This document shows positions 31,280-40,277 of a DNA stretch of 64,000 nt, in pieces; the first letter of the stretch is position 1; the number at the start of each line of letters is the position of its first letter. Source of the DNA: Gemmatimonas sp. (GTDB lineage: Bacteria; Gemmatimonadota; Gemmatimonadetes; Gemmatimonadales; Gemmatimonadaceae). The stretch covers positions 128,001-192,000 of the forward strand of contig JANNVQ010000030.1 in the NCBI GenBank assembly GCA_031414535.1, in the 5' to 3' direction. Under the pieces are notes generated by a model that saw nothing but the letters and a program-made list of their open reading frames with translations, was not told the origin of the DNA and searched no databases. The position numbers were made by a program, and so were the translations under genes.

Positions 31280-31449
31280 TCGCACGGATTGCCGCCATCC
31301 TGCGCCGGATTATTGGCGCGCCCGACTACGCCGCGTATGTAGCGCATGTGCGGGCGCATCATCCGGAGCGGGAACCGCTCTGCGAGCGGGACTTTTTGAC
31401 CGAGCGCCTAAGTGCACGCTACGAGAAGCCGGGGGCACGTTGTTGCTAG
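31276..31449 (+). CDS. ybdD: YbdD/YjiX (DUF466) family small protein (not in ORF track)
   Basis: MIARIAAILRRIIGAPDYAAYVAHVRAHHPEREPLCERDFLTERLSARYEKPGARCC; GTGA overlap with the peptidase stop. Confidence 0.85.
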   Translation: MIARIAAILRRIIGAPDYAAYVAHVRAHHPEREPLCERDFLTERLSARYEKPGARCC

Positions 31450-31473
31450 AGGGATGCGTGCGCAGCATGGTGG

Positions 31474-32721
31474 CTAGGCCTGCGTGGAGCGTGGAGTCGG
31501 TACAAACATGGCAAAGAGCAGGCAGGATAGCACGGCGATGCCAGCACCCATCTGGAACGCAGCGGCTGAGCCGTGTGCATCCCACACCAGTCCAAATACA
31601 ATCGATGCCGGCAGCGCGGCGATGCCAATCGCCGCATTGAACCAGCCAAACGCCGCACCTCTGCGCGACGCAGGCACCAAATCCGCCACCAAAGCCTTCT
31701 CGGCGCCTTCACTCATGCCGAAGTACAAGCCGTAGACCACAAACAGTGCCCACACATGCCAAGCATCGGTGGCCGTGGCGAACCCCAGATACACCAGCGC
31801 GTATACGCCCCATCCCCCGAGAATCAGCGGGCGACGACCAACCTTATCGGCTAGCGCTCCACTCAGCACTGAGCTCGACGACTTCACCACGTGCAACGCC
31901 GCCCACAGAATGGGAATCAGCGAGGTGGCCACGCCAAGCTGAGAAGCGCGAAGCAAAAGGAACGCGTCTGTAGAAAGGCTTAGCGTGAAGAGGAACATCA
32001 CCGCCAGCATCCGCCAGAACGCAGAACCCAGCGGAGTGTCATTGGAGCTACCACGCGCGGCGATTGGCACTGCGAGTGGCGCGACGCTCGCATCCGCTTC
32101 GTCCTTCGGCAAAGCGCCTGACACAATCTTCAACCTCTGCCCTGTGTCCCCCGGCTCGCGCACGAACAGCACGAGCAACAGCACCGAGAGCATGCCAGGC
32201 AGCGCCGTCCAATAGAACAGCGTTCTGAGCTCAGCCCAGCCATAGGTGAGAGCGGCCCAAGCGATGAGCGGGCCAAACACAGCGCCAAGGTTGTCCGCTC
32301 CGCGGTGTACGCCATAGGCATATCCGCGTTGCGACGCCGGTACAGAATCGGCAATAAGCGCGTCGCGAGGCGCGCTGCGTAGTCCCTTGCCGAACCGATC
32401 GCTCATGCGTATTGCCAACACCTGCCCGGCGCTCTGAGCGAGGCCAAGCAGGGGACGGGCCAGCCACGCAATGGTATATCCAATCACCACCAGCGGCTTT
32501 CGCCGCTTCGTTCGGTCTGACCACCATCCCGCGGGTAATCGCAGCAGCGAAGAGGCCGACTCGGCGAATCCCTCAATCACCCCGAGCCCCACCGCGCTCA
32601 CGCCAAGCACCGTCGAGAGAAACAGCGGTAGCAAGGGATACACCATCTCGCTGGCCACGTCCGTAAGAAACGAGACCGCCGCGAGCACTTTGACGTTTCG
32701 TGGCAGGGGGGCGCGTTTCAT
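31474..32721 (-). CDS. MFS transporter
   Basis: About 12 TM segments; WSDRTKRRK, DRFGKGLRSAPRDALIA, LADKVGRR. Confidence 0.9.
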   Translation of the reverse strand: MKRAPLPRNVKVLAAVSFLTDVASEMVYPLLPLFLSTVLGVSAVGLGVIEGFAESASSLLRLPAGWWSDRTKRRKPLVVIGYTIAWLARPLLGLAQSAGQVLAIRMSDRFGKGLRSAPRDALIADSVPASQRGYAYGVHRGADNLGAVFGPLIAWAALTYGWAELRTLFYWTALPGMLSVLLLVLFVREPGDTGQRLKIVSGALPKDEADASVAPLAVPIAARGSSNDTPLGSAFWRMLAVMFLFTLSLSTDAFLLLRASQLGVATSLIPILWAALHVVKSSSSVLSGALADKVGRRPLILGGWGVYALVYLGFATATDAWHVWALFVVYGLYFGMSEGAEKALVADLVPASRRGAAFGWFNAAIGIAALPASIVFGLVWDAHGSAAAFQMGAGIAVLSCLLFAMFVPTPRSTQA

Positions 32722-33929
32722 CAGAGCCAACGCACGCCGTCTGACGGCGCTAGGTGTAACCACTCGCTCTTGGCAGCCCGCGAGGGGTAGGCCTGTGCGT
32801 ACAATGCGCGCCAACGCTCGCGCACCTCCTCAAGCTGCGACGCATCGCACACAGCCCACACAGCACCACCGAAGCCCGCGCCGAAGGCCGACGCCGCGTG
32901 TGCGCCCGCCGCCATCGCCGCGCGCGACAGAAACATCGTCTCCGGCACCTGATTGCGCAGTGCGAGCTCCGCTCCTTGCTGCGACTCCACAGCCCAGCGC
33001 CCGAGGGACTCACCGTCGGCGGCTGAAATCGCCGCCAACGCCGCGGGGACCACAACGGTGGTCTCACGCCGAAACTGCGCGAGACGCGCCAACAGCATGG
33101 GCGCATCATTCGAGCGGCCAGCCAGAACTTCTATCTGCGACGGCGCGTCTGTTGATGAACCCAATGCGGCCGCCAAGGATCGATCCTCGCGCCCCGTCAC
33201 CACATTCCAGTGGGCGAGCAGTCCGTGCACCAGATCGGCGGCGCGATTGTAGTCGGCCTGCGCCCCACCAGTCTTCGTGGCCCGCACGCCGCTCACGGCC
33301 ACCAAGAGCGCCCACGACTTGGGAAACGTCGCTTCGCCGATCAGCGTTGCGGGTAGATACCCATACGCACCAACACGCCCCGCGGTATTGCAAAGAATCG
33401 CCACGTGGTCCTGTGCGCCACCACGCGTACCCACACCGCGTTCACCGGGCCACGGGCCAAACACACCGCCGGTCTCCACCGCGCCGCAATATTCAGCGAG
33501 CGCCAAGCGATTGCCCAAGTACTGCTGCCACTCCGGCCGCTCCGTGAGCCCGTTGGTCTCCGCAACTGCCATCGTCAGCATCGTGACGAACGCACTAGAA
33601 CTCGAGAGTCCCGCCGAACGTGGCAGTGTGCTCACCGACACAAGACGGACACCGTGCTTGAGCGGACCAAAGTCCCGCGACAAACGGCGCGCTACCGCCG
33701 CGATATAGGTCCCACCGTGCGCACCGCCTGGACGCGCGTCTCGCCTGAGCGGTACGCGAGCCCGCCGACCCGTGCGCCCATCCTCAAGATCAATGACCGG
33801 CACATCCAAAGGCTCCACATCGGCCGTGATGCCCTCATTGATGGCACAGGTCATCGAGATGCCACCGCCGTAATCCACGTGCTTGCCGAAGAGTTCAATT
33901 CGGCCGGGCACAAAGAGCCGGCGTGTCAC
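32721..33929 (-). CDS. galactokinase-family (GHMP) sugar kinase
   Basis: PGRIELFGKHVDY, PRSAGLSSSSA, GAGFGG. Confidence 0.85.
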   Translation of the reverse strand: MTRRLFVPGRIELFGKHVDYGGGISMTCAINEGITADVEPLDVPVIDLEDGRTGRRARVPLRRDARPGGAHGGTYIAAVARRLSRDFGPLKHGVRLVSVSTLPRSAGLSSSSAFVTMLTMAVAETNGLTERPEWQQYLGNRLALAEYCGAVETGGVFGPWPGERGVGTRGGAQDHVAILCNTAGRVGAYGYLPATLIGEATFPKSWALLVAVSGVRATKTGGAQADYNRAADLVHGLLAHWNVVTGREDRSLAAALGSSTDAPSQIEVLAGRSNDAPMLLARLAQFRRETTVVVPAALAAISAADGESLGRWAVESQQGAELALRNQVPETMFLSRAAMAAGAHAASAFGAGFGGAVWAVCDASQLEEVRERWRALYAQAYPSRAAKSEWLHLAPSDGVRWL

Positions 33930-34771
33930 GGTCGTGGGACCACGCCGCTCAGTCGCTCGCTCAGGGCCGCCACATCCCTTCGATGCGTGAGGTCCAGCAC
34001 CGCTTCGGCGCGCGTCAGTGCCCGATACTGCTCCCCGCGTTCCATCGAGATACGTACTGCATCCGCCAGCTCAAGCTCACCGCGAGGTGACGGCTGCACG
34101 GAGGTACAGGCGTCGAAGATTGCCTCGGTGAACCGCCAAAGGTTCATTGACACCCAGCGGGGCTTCGCCTGCATCAGCGGATGGTCTGCACGAGGCTTCT
34201 CCACGATGGCGTTCAGCATGCCATCCTTGGAGATGTCCACGAGCGCGAAACTCCGCACGCGCTCCGCTTCCATGCCGCCCTCACGGACCAGCACATCGGC
34301 GTCATACGCCACGAGACCAGGGCCACGCAAATCCACCAGCGACTCTATCGCAGCTGTAGAATACAAATTGTCGGCGTTACACATCAGGAAGTGCCGCACG
34401 CCCTCAGCGTCGGTGCTCGCGCCAAGAGGTGCCGCCACCGCATCGCGAGCGGAGAGGAGTGCGTGGGCCGTGCCCCTCGGTTCATCCTGCACGGCGAATC
34501 GCACACGAATGCGGCTCGGCTCTGCGTCCTCTTCGTAGCGCTGCCTGAGCGCCGAGTCACCGGGCGGTACGACGAAGACCACATCACGGACTCCGCCGTC
34601 GGCCAGCGCGTGCAAGGCATAGTCCAGCAACGGCCGGCCGGCCAAGGGCATAAGTCCCTTCACGCCCGCATCTGCAGCTGACGACTGCGCCGCGTCGAGC
34701 TCGGCCCCGTCATCGTCGCGCAACCGCGAACCCAAGCCGCGCGCTAAGATCACCGCGAGTGTGGCGCGCAT
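33926..34771 (-). CDS. sugar-1-phosphate nucleotidyltransferase
   Basis: ILARGLGSRL, Q.EPRGTAHA, NADN, EKP, SPRGELEL. Confidence 0.85.
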   Translation of the reverse strand: MRATLAVILARGLGSRLRDDDGAELDAAQSSAADAGVKGLMPLAGRPLLDYALHALADGGVRDVVFVVPPGDSALRQRYEEDAEPSRIRVRFAVQDEPRGTAHALLSARDAVAAPLGASTDAEGVRHFLMCNADNLYSTAAIESLVDLRGPGLVAYDADVLVREGGMEAERVRSFALVDISKDGMLNAIVEKPRADHPLMQAKPRWVSMNLWRFTEAIFDACTSVQPSPRGELELADAVRISMERGEQYRALTRAEAVLDLTHRRDVAALSERLSGVVPRP

Positions 34772-36534
34772 CAGGCGGCGCGCCGGAACCCCTGCACCAC
34801 GCGCCACGCCACCGTCCCGCTCACCACAAACACCACCGCCCATATGCTGGCCAAGCGGGTATTGCCCATCAAGTACGCGCCGACGCCGAAGAGCGAGGCA
34901 TAAACAAAGAACACGCCGGCCAGCCAGCCGAGCAGCGCCTGCGAGAACGAATCCGGCGACGCCGTCACGCCAGACTCCGCGCGCACCGCCGCCCAACCAG
35001 GCCCGGCCGGGCGCACCAACTCATAGAAGCGCCGCAGCACCATGGGATCCGTCTTCGGGCCCATGAAGGCTGCGACCATCCAAATGGCCGTGGTTGCTCC
35101 AACCGTAATCAGCAGAGAGATGTGCGCCGGTACCTCGGCGCCGCTCCGCCGCGCTACCTCAAAGCCAATCGCAATCGCAAACGAACCCACCATCGCCGCC
35201 ACCTCGGCGGCAGCGTTCACGCGCCACCAGTACCAGCGCAGCAGGTAGAGAAGACCCGTACCGGCGCCGATTGAGAGCAGCAGCGTGAAGCCCGCTCGCG
35301 CTGTCTCGAGATAGAAGGTGAGGCCAGCCGCGACGACCATTAGCCCCGCGGTCACGAGGCGACCAACGAGCACATAATGTGCCTCGCTTGCTGAAGGCTG
35401 CACAAAGCGGCGATACAAATCGTGCACGAGGTAGCTCGTGCCCCAATTGAGGTGGGTGACGATGGTAGACACGTAGGCCGAGAGCAGACCAGCAACCATC
35501 ACGCCCAGCCACCCAACGGGCAGGAAGGTTAGCATCGCGGGGTACGCGATATCATTACCAATCAGATTGCGGGGCACGTCGGGGAACGCGCGCGCGATAT
35601 CGTCCAGCGTGGGGAACACGAGGATCGAACTCAGCGCCACGATAATCCAAGGCCAAGTGCGCAGGCCGTAGTGCGCCACGTTAAAGAACAGCGTACCAAA
35701 GAGGGCATCCTGTTCGCTCTTGGAGGCCAGCATGCGCTGCGCGATGTAGCTGCCGCCACCGGGTTCGGCGCCGGGGTACCACACGGACCACCACTGCACG
35801 GTGATTGGCAGCACGAACACGGCGAGTGCCACCGTCCAGTCCGAGAAGTCCGGCATGAAGGCGATGGTCTGCGCCGGAAGTTGGCTGAACAGGCCGCTCA
35901 AGCCACCGACCTCCGGGCGCTGCAGCGCAAAGTAGGCTGCCGCCACTGAGCCCGACATCGCGATGCCAAACTGAATGAAGTCGGCCACGAGCACGCCCCA
36001 GAGGCCGCTCACCACCGCAAACAACACGTTCAGTACGGCACACACCGCCAGCGTCTGCCACATCGGCCAACCGAGCAGGATGGACGCAATCTTCGCCGCC
36101 GCGAGATTCACCGTCGCCATGATGACGACGTTGAACACCAAGCCGAGGTAGATGGCGCGGAATCCACGCACGAAGCTCGCCGCCTTGCCCGAGTAACGAA
36201 TCTCGTAGAATTCGAGGTCCGTCAGCACACCCGAGCGCCGCCACATCCGCGCGTAGAACATGACCGTCGCCATGCCTGTGAGCAAAAAGGCCCACCACAC
36301 CCAATTGCCCGACACGCCACCGCCACGCACGAGATCCGTGACGAGGTTCGGCGTGTCTGTCGAGAACGTGGTCGCAACCATCGAGACGCCAATCAACCAC
36401 CACGGCGCCGAGCGACCGCTCGTGAAGAACTCTGCGGTGGATTCTCCGGCGCGGCGCGCCAGCAACAACGCCGGCACGAAGGCAACCAACAGCGAGGCGA
36501 CGACGATGACCCAGTCGAGTGTCGTGAGTCTCAT
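34771..36534 (-). CDS. sodium:solute symporter (SSS)
   Basis: SMVATTFSTDTP, GGSYIAQRML, ST..THLNWG; many TM segments. Confidence 0.9.
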   Translation of the reverse strand: MRLTTLDWVIVVASLLVAFVPALLLARRAGESTAEFFTSGRSAPWWLIGVSMVATTFSTDTPNLVTDLVRGGGVSGNWVWWAFLLTGMATVMFYARMWRRSGVLTDLEFYEIRYSGKAASFVRGFRAIYLGLVFNVVIMATVNLAAAKIASILLGWPMWQTLAVCAVLNVLFAVVSGLWGVLVADFIQFGIAMSGSVAAAYFALQRPEVGGLSGLFSQLPAQTIAFMPDFSDWTVALAVFVLPITVQWWSVWYPGAEPGGGSYIAQRMLASKSEQDALFGTLFFNVAHYGLRTWPWIIVALSSILVFPTLDDIARAFPDVPRNLIGNDIAYPAMLTFLPVGWLGVMVAGLLSAYVSTIVTHLNWGTSYLVHDLYRRFVQPSASEAHYVLVGRLVTAGLMVVAAGLTFYLETARAGFTLLLSIGAGTGLLYLLRWYWWRVNAAAEVAAMVGSFAIAIGFEVARRSGAEVPAHISLLITVGATTAIWMVAAFMGPKTDPMVLRRFYELVRPAGPGWAAVRAESGVTASPDSFSQALLGWLAGVFFVYASLFGVGAYLMGNTRLASIWAVVFVVSGTVAWRVVQGFRRAA

Positions 36535-37916
36535 GCGCGAGCCTTCCTCCACTCACCACGCGTGAAGTCCGGGAAGCGCATCGGCTGCGATCCACGGGCC
36601 ACGCTCATCTGTGACAGCGGCAGCGGCGCGCTCCAAGCAGCGGCATCGTACACATCGAAGTCGGGCGCCAAGCCTTCGCGGATGCATTCCACCAAGCGCC
36701 ACATCATGACGTAGTCCATACCTCCGTGGCCGCCGTTCGTACGCGCCATCTCACCGATCCGCGTCCATAGCGGATGCTCGTGCGTGGTCTTGTACTCATC
36801 AATCGTCGCCCAGCGGTGCGACTGCCCGCGCCCTTCTATATAGATGCGAGCCGGATAGTCTTCGAAGGTCCCCTTGGTGCCGCTCACATGATTGAGCCGC
36901 GAGTAGGGCCGCGGGCTCGAGACATCATGGGCCAAATGGATGGTGCGCCCCTTCTTCGTGCGGATGAGCGTCGTGTTGAGGTCGCCGTTGACATAGCGCT
37001 CCCGCCACTTGGGATTGCTGCGGTCCGGCACTGTCGCCTCGCGATACAGCGTCAGGCCGCGTTCCTCGGTGCTCATCGAAACCAAGTAGTCGAAGGCATC
37101 CCCATTATGAATGTCCATATACCACGACACCGGCCCGAGCCCGTGCGTGGGGTAGAGATTGCCGTTGATGCGCGTGTGCCACTCGCGGCGCCACAGGCCT
37201 TCATCACGATCCTCAAAGAGGATGCTCCGGAGGTCGTGGATATACGCCGCCGCCCCGTGCTGAATCTCGCCAAGCACACCATCGTGCACGAGGCGATTCA
37301 CCATCATCTCGTTGTAGCCGTAGTTGCAGTTCTCCAGCTGCAAGCAATGCTTGCGGCTACGCTCCGAGGCATCCACCACCGCCCAGAGGTCAGTGAGCGT
37401 GATGCCCGTGTTGCACTCGGTACCACAGTGCTTGCCGGCGCGCATTGCCGCGAGCATCACGGGCGTATGCCACTGCCAAGGCGTCGCCGTGTACACGAAA
37501 TCAATGTCGTCGCGTTGTACCAGGCGCTCGAAGTCGCGTTCGCCGTTGGTGTAGACGGCCGGTTCGGACTGGCCCGCGTCCGTGCACATCTTCACCGCGC
37601 GTGCGGCCTTCTCTGGCGCGATGTCAGCGACAGCGACGATCCGCACGTTCGGAATCGCCAGCAGTTCCGAGATGATGGACCGACCGCGGAGGCCCGTGCC
37701 GACGACGGCGAATCGCACCGTCTCGTTGCGCTCAAACGGGACACCGCGCATCGTGCGGGCATTGGCGGCACGTGGCGGAGCCGCGTCGGGCACATTGATC
37801 GCGTCTATGGACTCCGCGAGCGCAACGTGGGGCGTGAGGGCGGAAACTCCGGCCAATCCTGCGCCTGCGAGCAGCGCCTGCTTCAGCAGGTCGCGGCGAT
37901 CCATCGCGTCGGTCAC
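36531..37916 (-). CDS. Tat-exported GH109-like NAD+-dependent glycosidase (Gfo/Idh/MocA fold; alpha-N-acetylgalactosaminidase-like)
   Basis: DRRDLLK Tat motif; TPWQWH, LENCNY, YPTHGLGP, GGHGGMD, DVYDAAAWS. Confidence 0.85.
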   Translation of the reverse strand: MTDAMDRRDLLKQALLAGAGLAGVSALTPHVALAESIDAINVPDAAPPRAANARTMRGVPFERNETVRFAVVGTGLRGRSIISELLAIPNVRIVAVADIAPEKAARAVKMCTDAGQSEPAVYTNGERDFERLVQRDDIDFVYTATPWQWHTPVMLAAMRAGKHCGTECNTGITLTDLWAVVDASERSRKHCLQLENCNYGYNEMMVNRLVHDGVLGEIQHGAAAYIHDLRSILFEDRDEGLWRREWHTRINGNLYPTHGLGPVSWYMDIHNGDAFDYLVSMSTEERGLTLYREATVPDRSNPKWRERYVNGDLNTTLIRTKKGRTIHLAHDVSSPRPYSRLNHVSGTKGTFEDYPARIYIEGRGQSHRWATIDEYKTTHEHPLWTRIGEMARTNGGHGGMDYVMMWRLVECIREGLAPDFDVYDAAAWSAPLPLSQMSVARGSQPMRFPDFTRGEWRKARA

Positions 37917-38004
37917 GTGCGCTCCGGGGGCTTACGGGTGGTACCAGTGGGGTCCTGACCCGCTGAATCTGTGTCCGATTCCGCCGGAAAGGAACTGCAC
38001 CGGC

Positions 38005-38128
38005 TTTCACCACGAAGGCACGAAGGGAGCCGGAACACATCTCGGCCCCGCAACCCCAAGAAGAAATTCTTCTTTGGCGTTGCGGGGCCGAGAGTTCACT
38101 GGGAGCCCTTCGTGCCTTCGTGGTGAAA
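38005..38128. repeat. REP/MITE-like element, family B, copy 2 (long hairpin)
   Basis: 23-bp inverted repeat tttcaccacgaaggcacgaaggg / cccttcgtgccttcgtggtgaaa, plus inner stem tctcggccccgcaac / gttgcggggccgaga. Confidence 0.75.
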
Positions 38129-38134
38129 AAGCAG

Positions 38135-39115
38135 CTACCGTTTCACCTCGGAATTATCCCCAACCGTCACGACCCCGCTCACGCCCTCAAGCAGCACGCC
38201 GTCGCCAATCATCGAATCGTGCAGCGTGCAGCCGTCGAGCGTGGACTTGTCGCCGAGCACGGTGTCACGGAGCGTGGAGCCCCGAACCACCGACCCCGCG
38301 CCGATCACGACGTTCGGCCCAACCGTTGAGCCTTCCACCACCGCACCCGCCTCAATGCGCACCGGCTCCACAATCTTGGAATCCTTCACCGTACCCATCA
38401 CGCCCGTGCGACCCTTCTCCAGCATCGTGCGGTTCGTCTCAAGCAGCGTGTCGAGCTTGCCGGCATCGTACCAACCCTTCACGTCCACCACGCGAATCTT
38501 CGCGCCTTTATCAATCATGTACTGAAAGGCATCCGTGAGATAATACTCGCCCTTGTTCGTCGGCTGCTTGAGCACGTGCGCGATGCCTTCGTACAGCAGC
38601 TTCCAATTCTTGATGTAGTACAGCCCGATGTTGGCCCGCTTGGAGATTGGGGTGCTCGGCTTCTCCACAATCTTCGTCATGTGGCCGTTGGCATCCGTGA
38701 CCACCACGCCAAAGCGCTGGTAATCCTCCACCTCCTGCGTCCAGATGATGCCGTCGTCGGTGCTCGTCTCCACGATCGAGAGATCAGCATCGAAGACCGT
38801 ATCCACGAAGATGATGAGCACCGGCTGGTCTACGTACGGACGCGCCAACTCTACCGCGCCCGCCGTGCCATCCTGAACCTTCTGCTCCACGAACACGCCC
38901 GGGAACTTGTAGTGCGCCTTCGCGTAGGCTTCCACCTTCTCCTTCAAGTGCCCCGTGATGTAGACCACCTGCTCCACACCATGGAGTTTCGCCACGTCTT
39001 CCATCACGTAGTCCATCACGGGCTTACCCGCCACCTTCAACATCGGCTTCGGCACGGTGTGCGTATGCGGCCTCAGGCGCGTGCCCTTGCCGGCCAACGG
39101 AATGATCACTTTCAC
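38135..39115 (-). CDS. sugar-phosphate nucleotidyltransferase with C-terminal hexapeptide repeats
   Basis: PLAGKGTRLRPHTHTVPKP, EKP, EYYLTDA, WYDAG, left-handed beta-helix tail. Confidence 0.9.
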   Translation of the reverse strand: MKVIIPLAGKGTRLRPHTHTVPKPMLKVAGKPVMDYVMEDVAKLHGVEQVVYITGHLKEKVEAYAKAHYKFPGVFVEQKVQDGTAGAVELARPYVDQPVLIIFVDTVFDADLSIVETSTDDGIIWTQEVEDYQRFGVVVTDANGHMTKIVEKPSTPISKRANIGLYYIKNWKLLYEGIAHVLKQPTNKGEYYLTDAFQYMIDKGAKIRVVDVKGWYDAGKLDTLLETNRTMLEKGRTGVMGTVKDSKIVEPVRIEAGAVVEGSTVGPNVVIGAGSVVRGSTLRDTVLGDKSTLDGCTLHDSMIGDGVLLEGVSGVVTVGDNSEVKR

Positions 39116-39492
39116 GGCTTGCTCGTCCCCTCTCGCCCGTAGCGGTCAGTGAGTCGCACCACGTCATCGAGGTGCGGTGTGGAGGCTTCCAATACATCGC
39201 AATCGGTTACGGCTTCCATCTGATGGATCTGGCCAGGCGTGTTGCGAAAGCTTTGCCCCGCCTTGAGCGGGAAGTCTTCGAGCCCGTTGCCTTGGTCAAT
39301 ACGATAGATCATCTCACCGCTCAGCAGGTGGATGGTCTCGTCCTTGAGGTTGTGGTATTGCACGGAAAGCGCGTGCCCCGCCTTGATGTGAAGCACCTTG
39401 CCCACGTACTGCTCCGTGTGCGCCCAGTGCACCTCGTGTCCCCACGGCTTGGGAACAATCCGCACATCCTGCACTCCTGAACCCGGTTTCAC
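39112..39492 (-). CDS. cupin protein (mannose-6-phosphate isomerase-like)
   Basis: KPWGHE, LSVQYH..KDET, H, EASTP.LDDVVR. Confidence 0.8.
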   Translation of the reverse strand: MKPGSGVQDVRIVPKPWGHEVHWAHTEQYVGKVLHIKAGHALSVQYHNLKDETIHLLSGEMIYRIDQGNGLEDFPLKAGQSFRNTPGQIHQMEAVTDCDVLEASTPHLDDVVRLTDRYGREGTSKP

Positions 39493-40064
39493 TAGTTCAT
39501 CTCCAAGGGACGCGCGCTTATGCTCGTTGGCGTCGTCACGCACGCATTCAAGCACTGCCCGCATCCGGTACAGGCCGCCCCGATTACGGGCCGACCACGG
39601 TCATCCATCTTGAGTGCGTCTTCGCCAATCGGACACACCCTCGCGCAGATCCCACACTCCACATCGCGATACGTGATGCATCGCGTCTCATCAATCGCAA
39701 TCGTTGCCACTCGTGCGTCGCGCCAACCCCAGGGCGGCACATCCAAAGCCGGCGTCGGACACGACGCCGCACAAGGCATGGTCTCGCACATGATGCAGGC
39801 CATCACGCTGACGTCCAGCACTGGTGTGCCGGCTGCCAAACCCGCCGACGAGGGCAGTTTGCTGATGGCATGCACCGGACACACATCCGAGCAGGCGCCG
39901 CAACGCGTACACGCCGCCACGAACGCTGCTTCCGGTAAGGCACCCGGCGGCCGCTGATACTTGGTCTGCACTACACGGCTCTCTACCGCGCCGACGACCT
40001 CACGCAGGGCCCGCGTGAGGCCCTGGGTGAAAAAGGAGCGGCGATCGAGTGGTGAATCTGTCAC
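39492..40064 (-). CDS. NapG/MauM-like polyferredoxin
   Basis: RPPGA, CTRCGACSDVCP, CIMC...C...CP, CGICARVCP, CTGCGQC. Confidence 0.8.
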   Translation of the reverse strand: MTDSPLDRRSFFTQGLTRALREVVGAVESRVVQTKYQRPPGALPEAAFVAACTRCGACSDVCPVHAISKLPSSAGLAAGTPVLDVSVMACIMCETMPCAASCPTPALDVPPWGWRDARVATIAIDETRCITYRDVECGICARVCPIGEDALKMDDRGRPVIGAACTGCGQCLNACVTTPTSISARPLEMN

Positions 40065-40128
40065 GACATAATCTCGCTTGCTTCGCTAGGGCCGGGTACC
40101 TGGCTGGAAAAATCAACTGACCCAGGAA

Positions 40129-40144
40129 AATGACCTAGGTCATT
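40129..40144. promoter_or_regulatory. perfect 16-bp palindrome in divergent promoter region
   Basis: AATGACCTAGGTCATT between the ferredoxin gene and the giant Ig-protein gene. Confidence 0.4.
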
Positions 40145-40277
40145 GTCAACGAATAATACATCTCGGCGCCTGTAACGAGGCGCCCTAGGCCGATCGTCAC
40201 ACTTCATTAAAAGGAGAGGGTATTGCGCAGAGGAAAAGATTGGTCGCAGATTTTTGCGGTCATATATGGGGAGGTAC

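Noticed and set aside
31276..31449. Selenoprotein (Cys-Sec) version of YbdD
   Set aside because: The ORF ends TGT TGC TAG, with no in-frame TGA.
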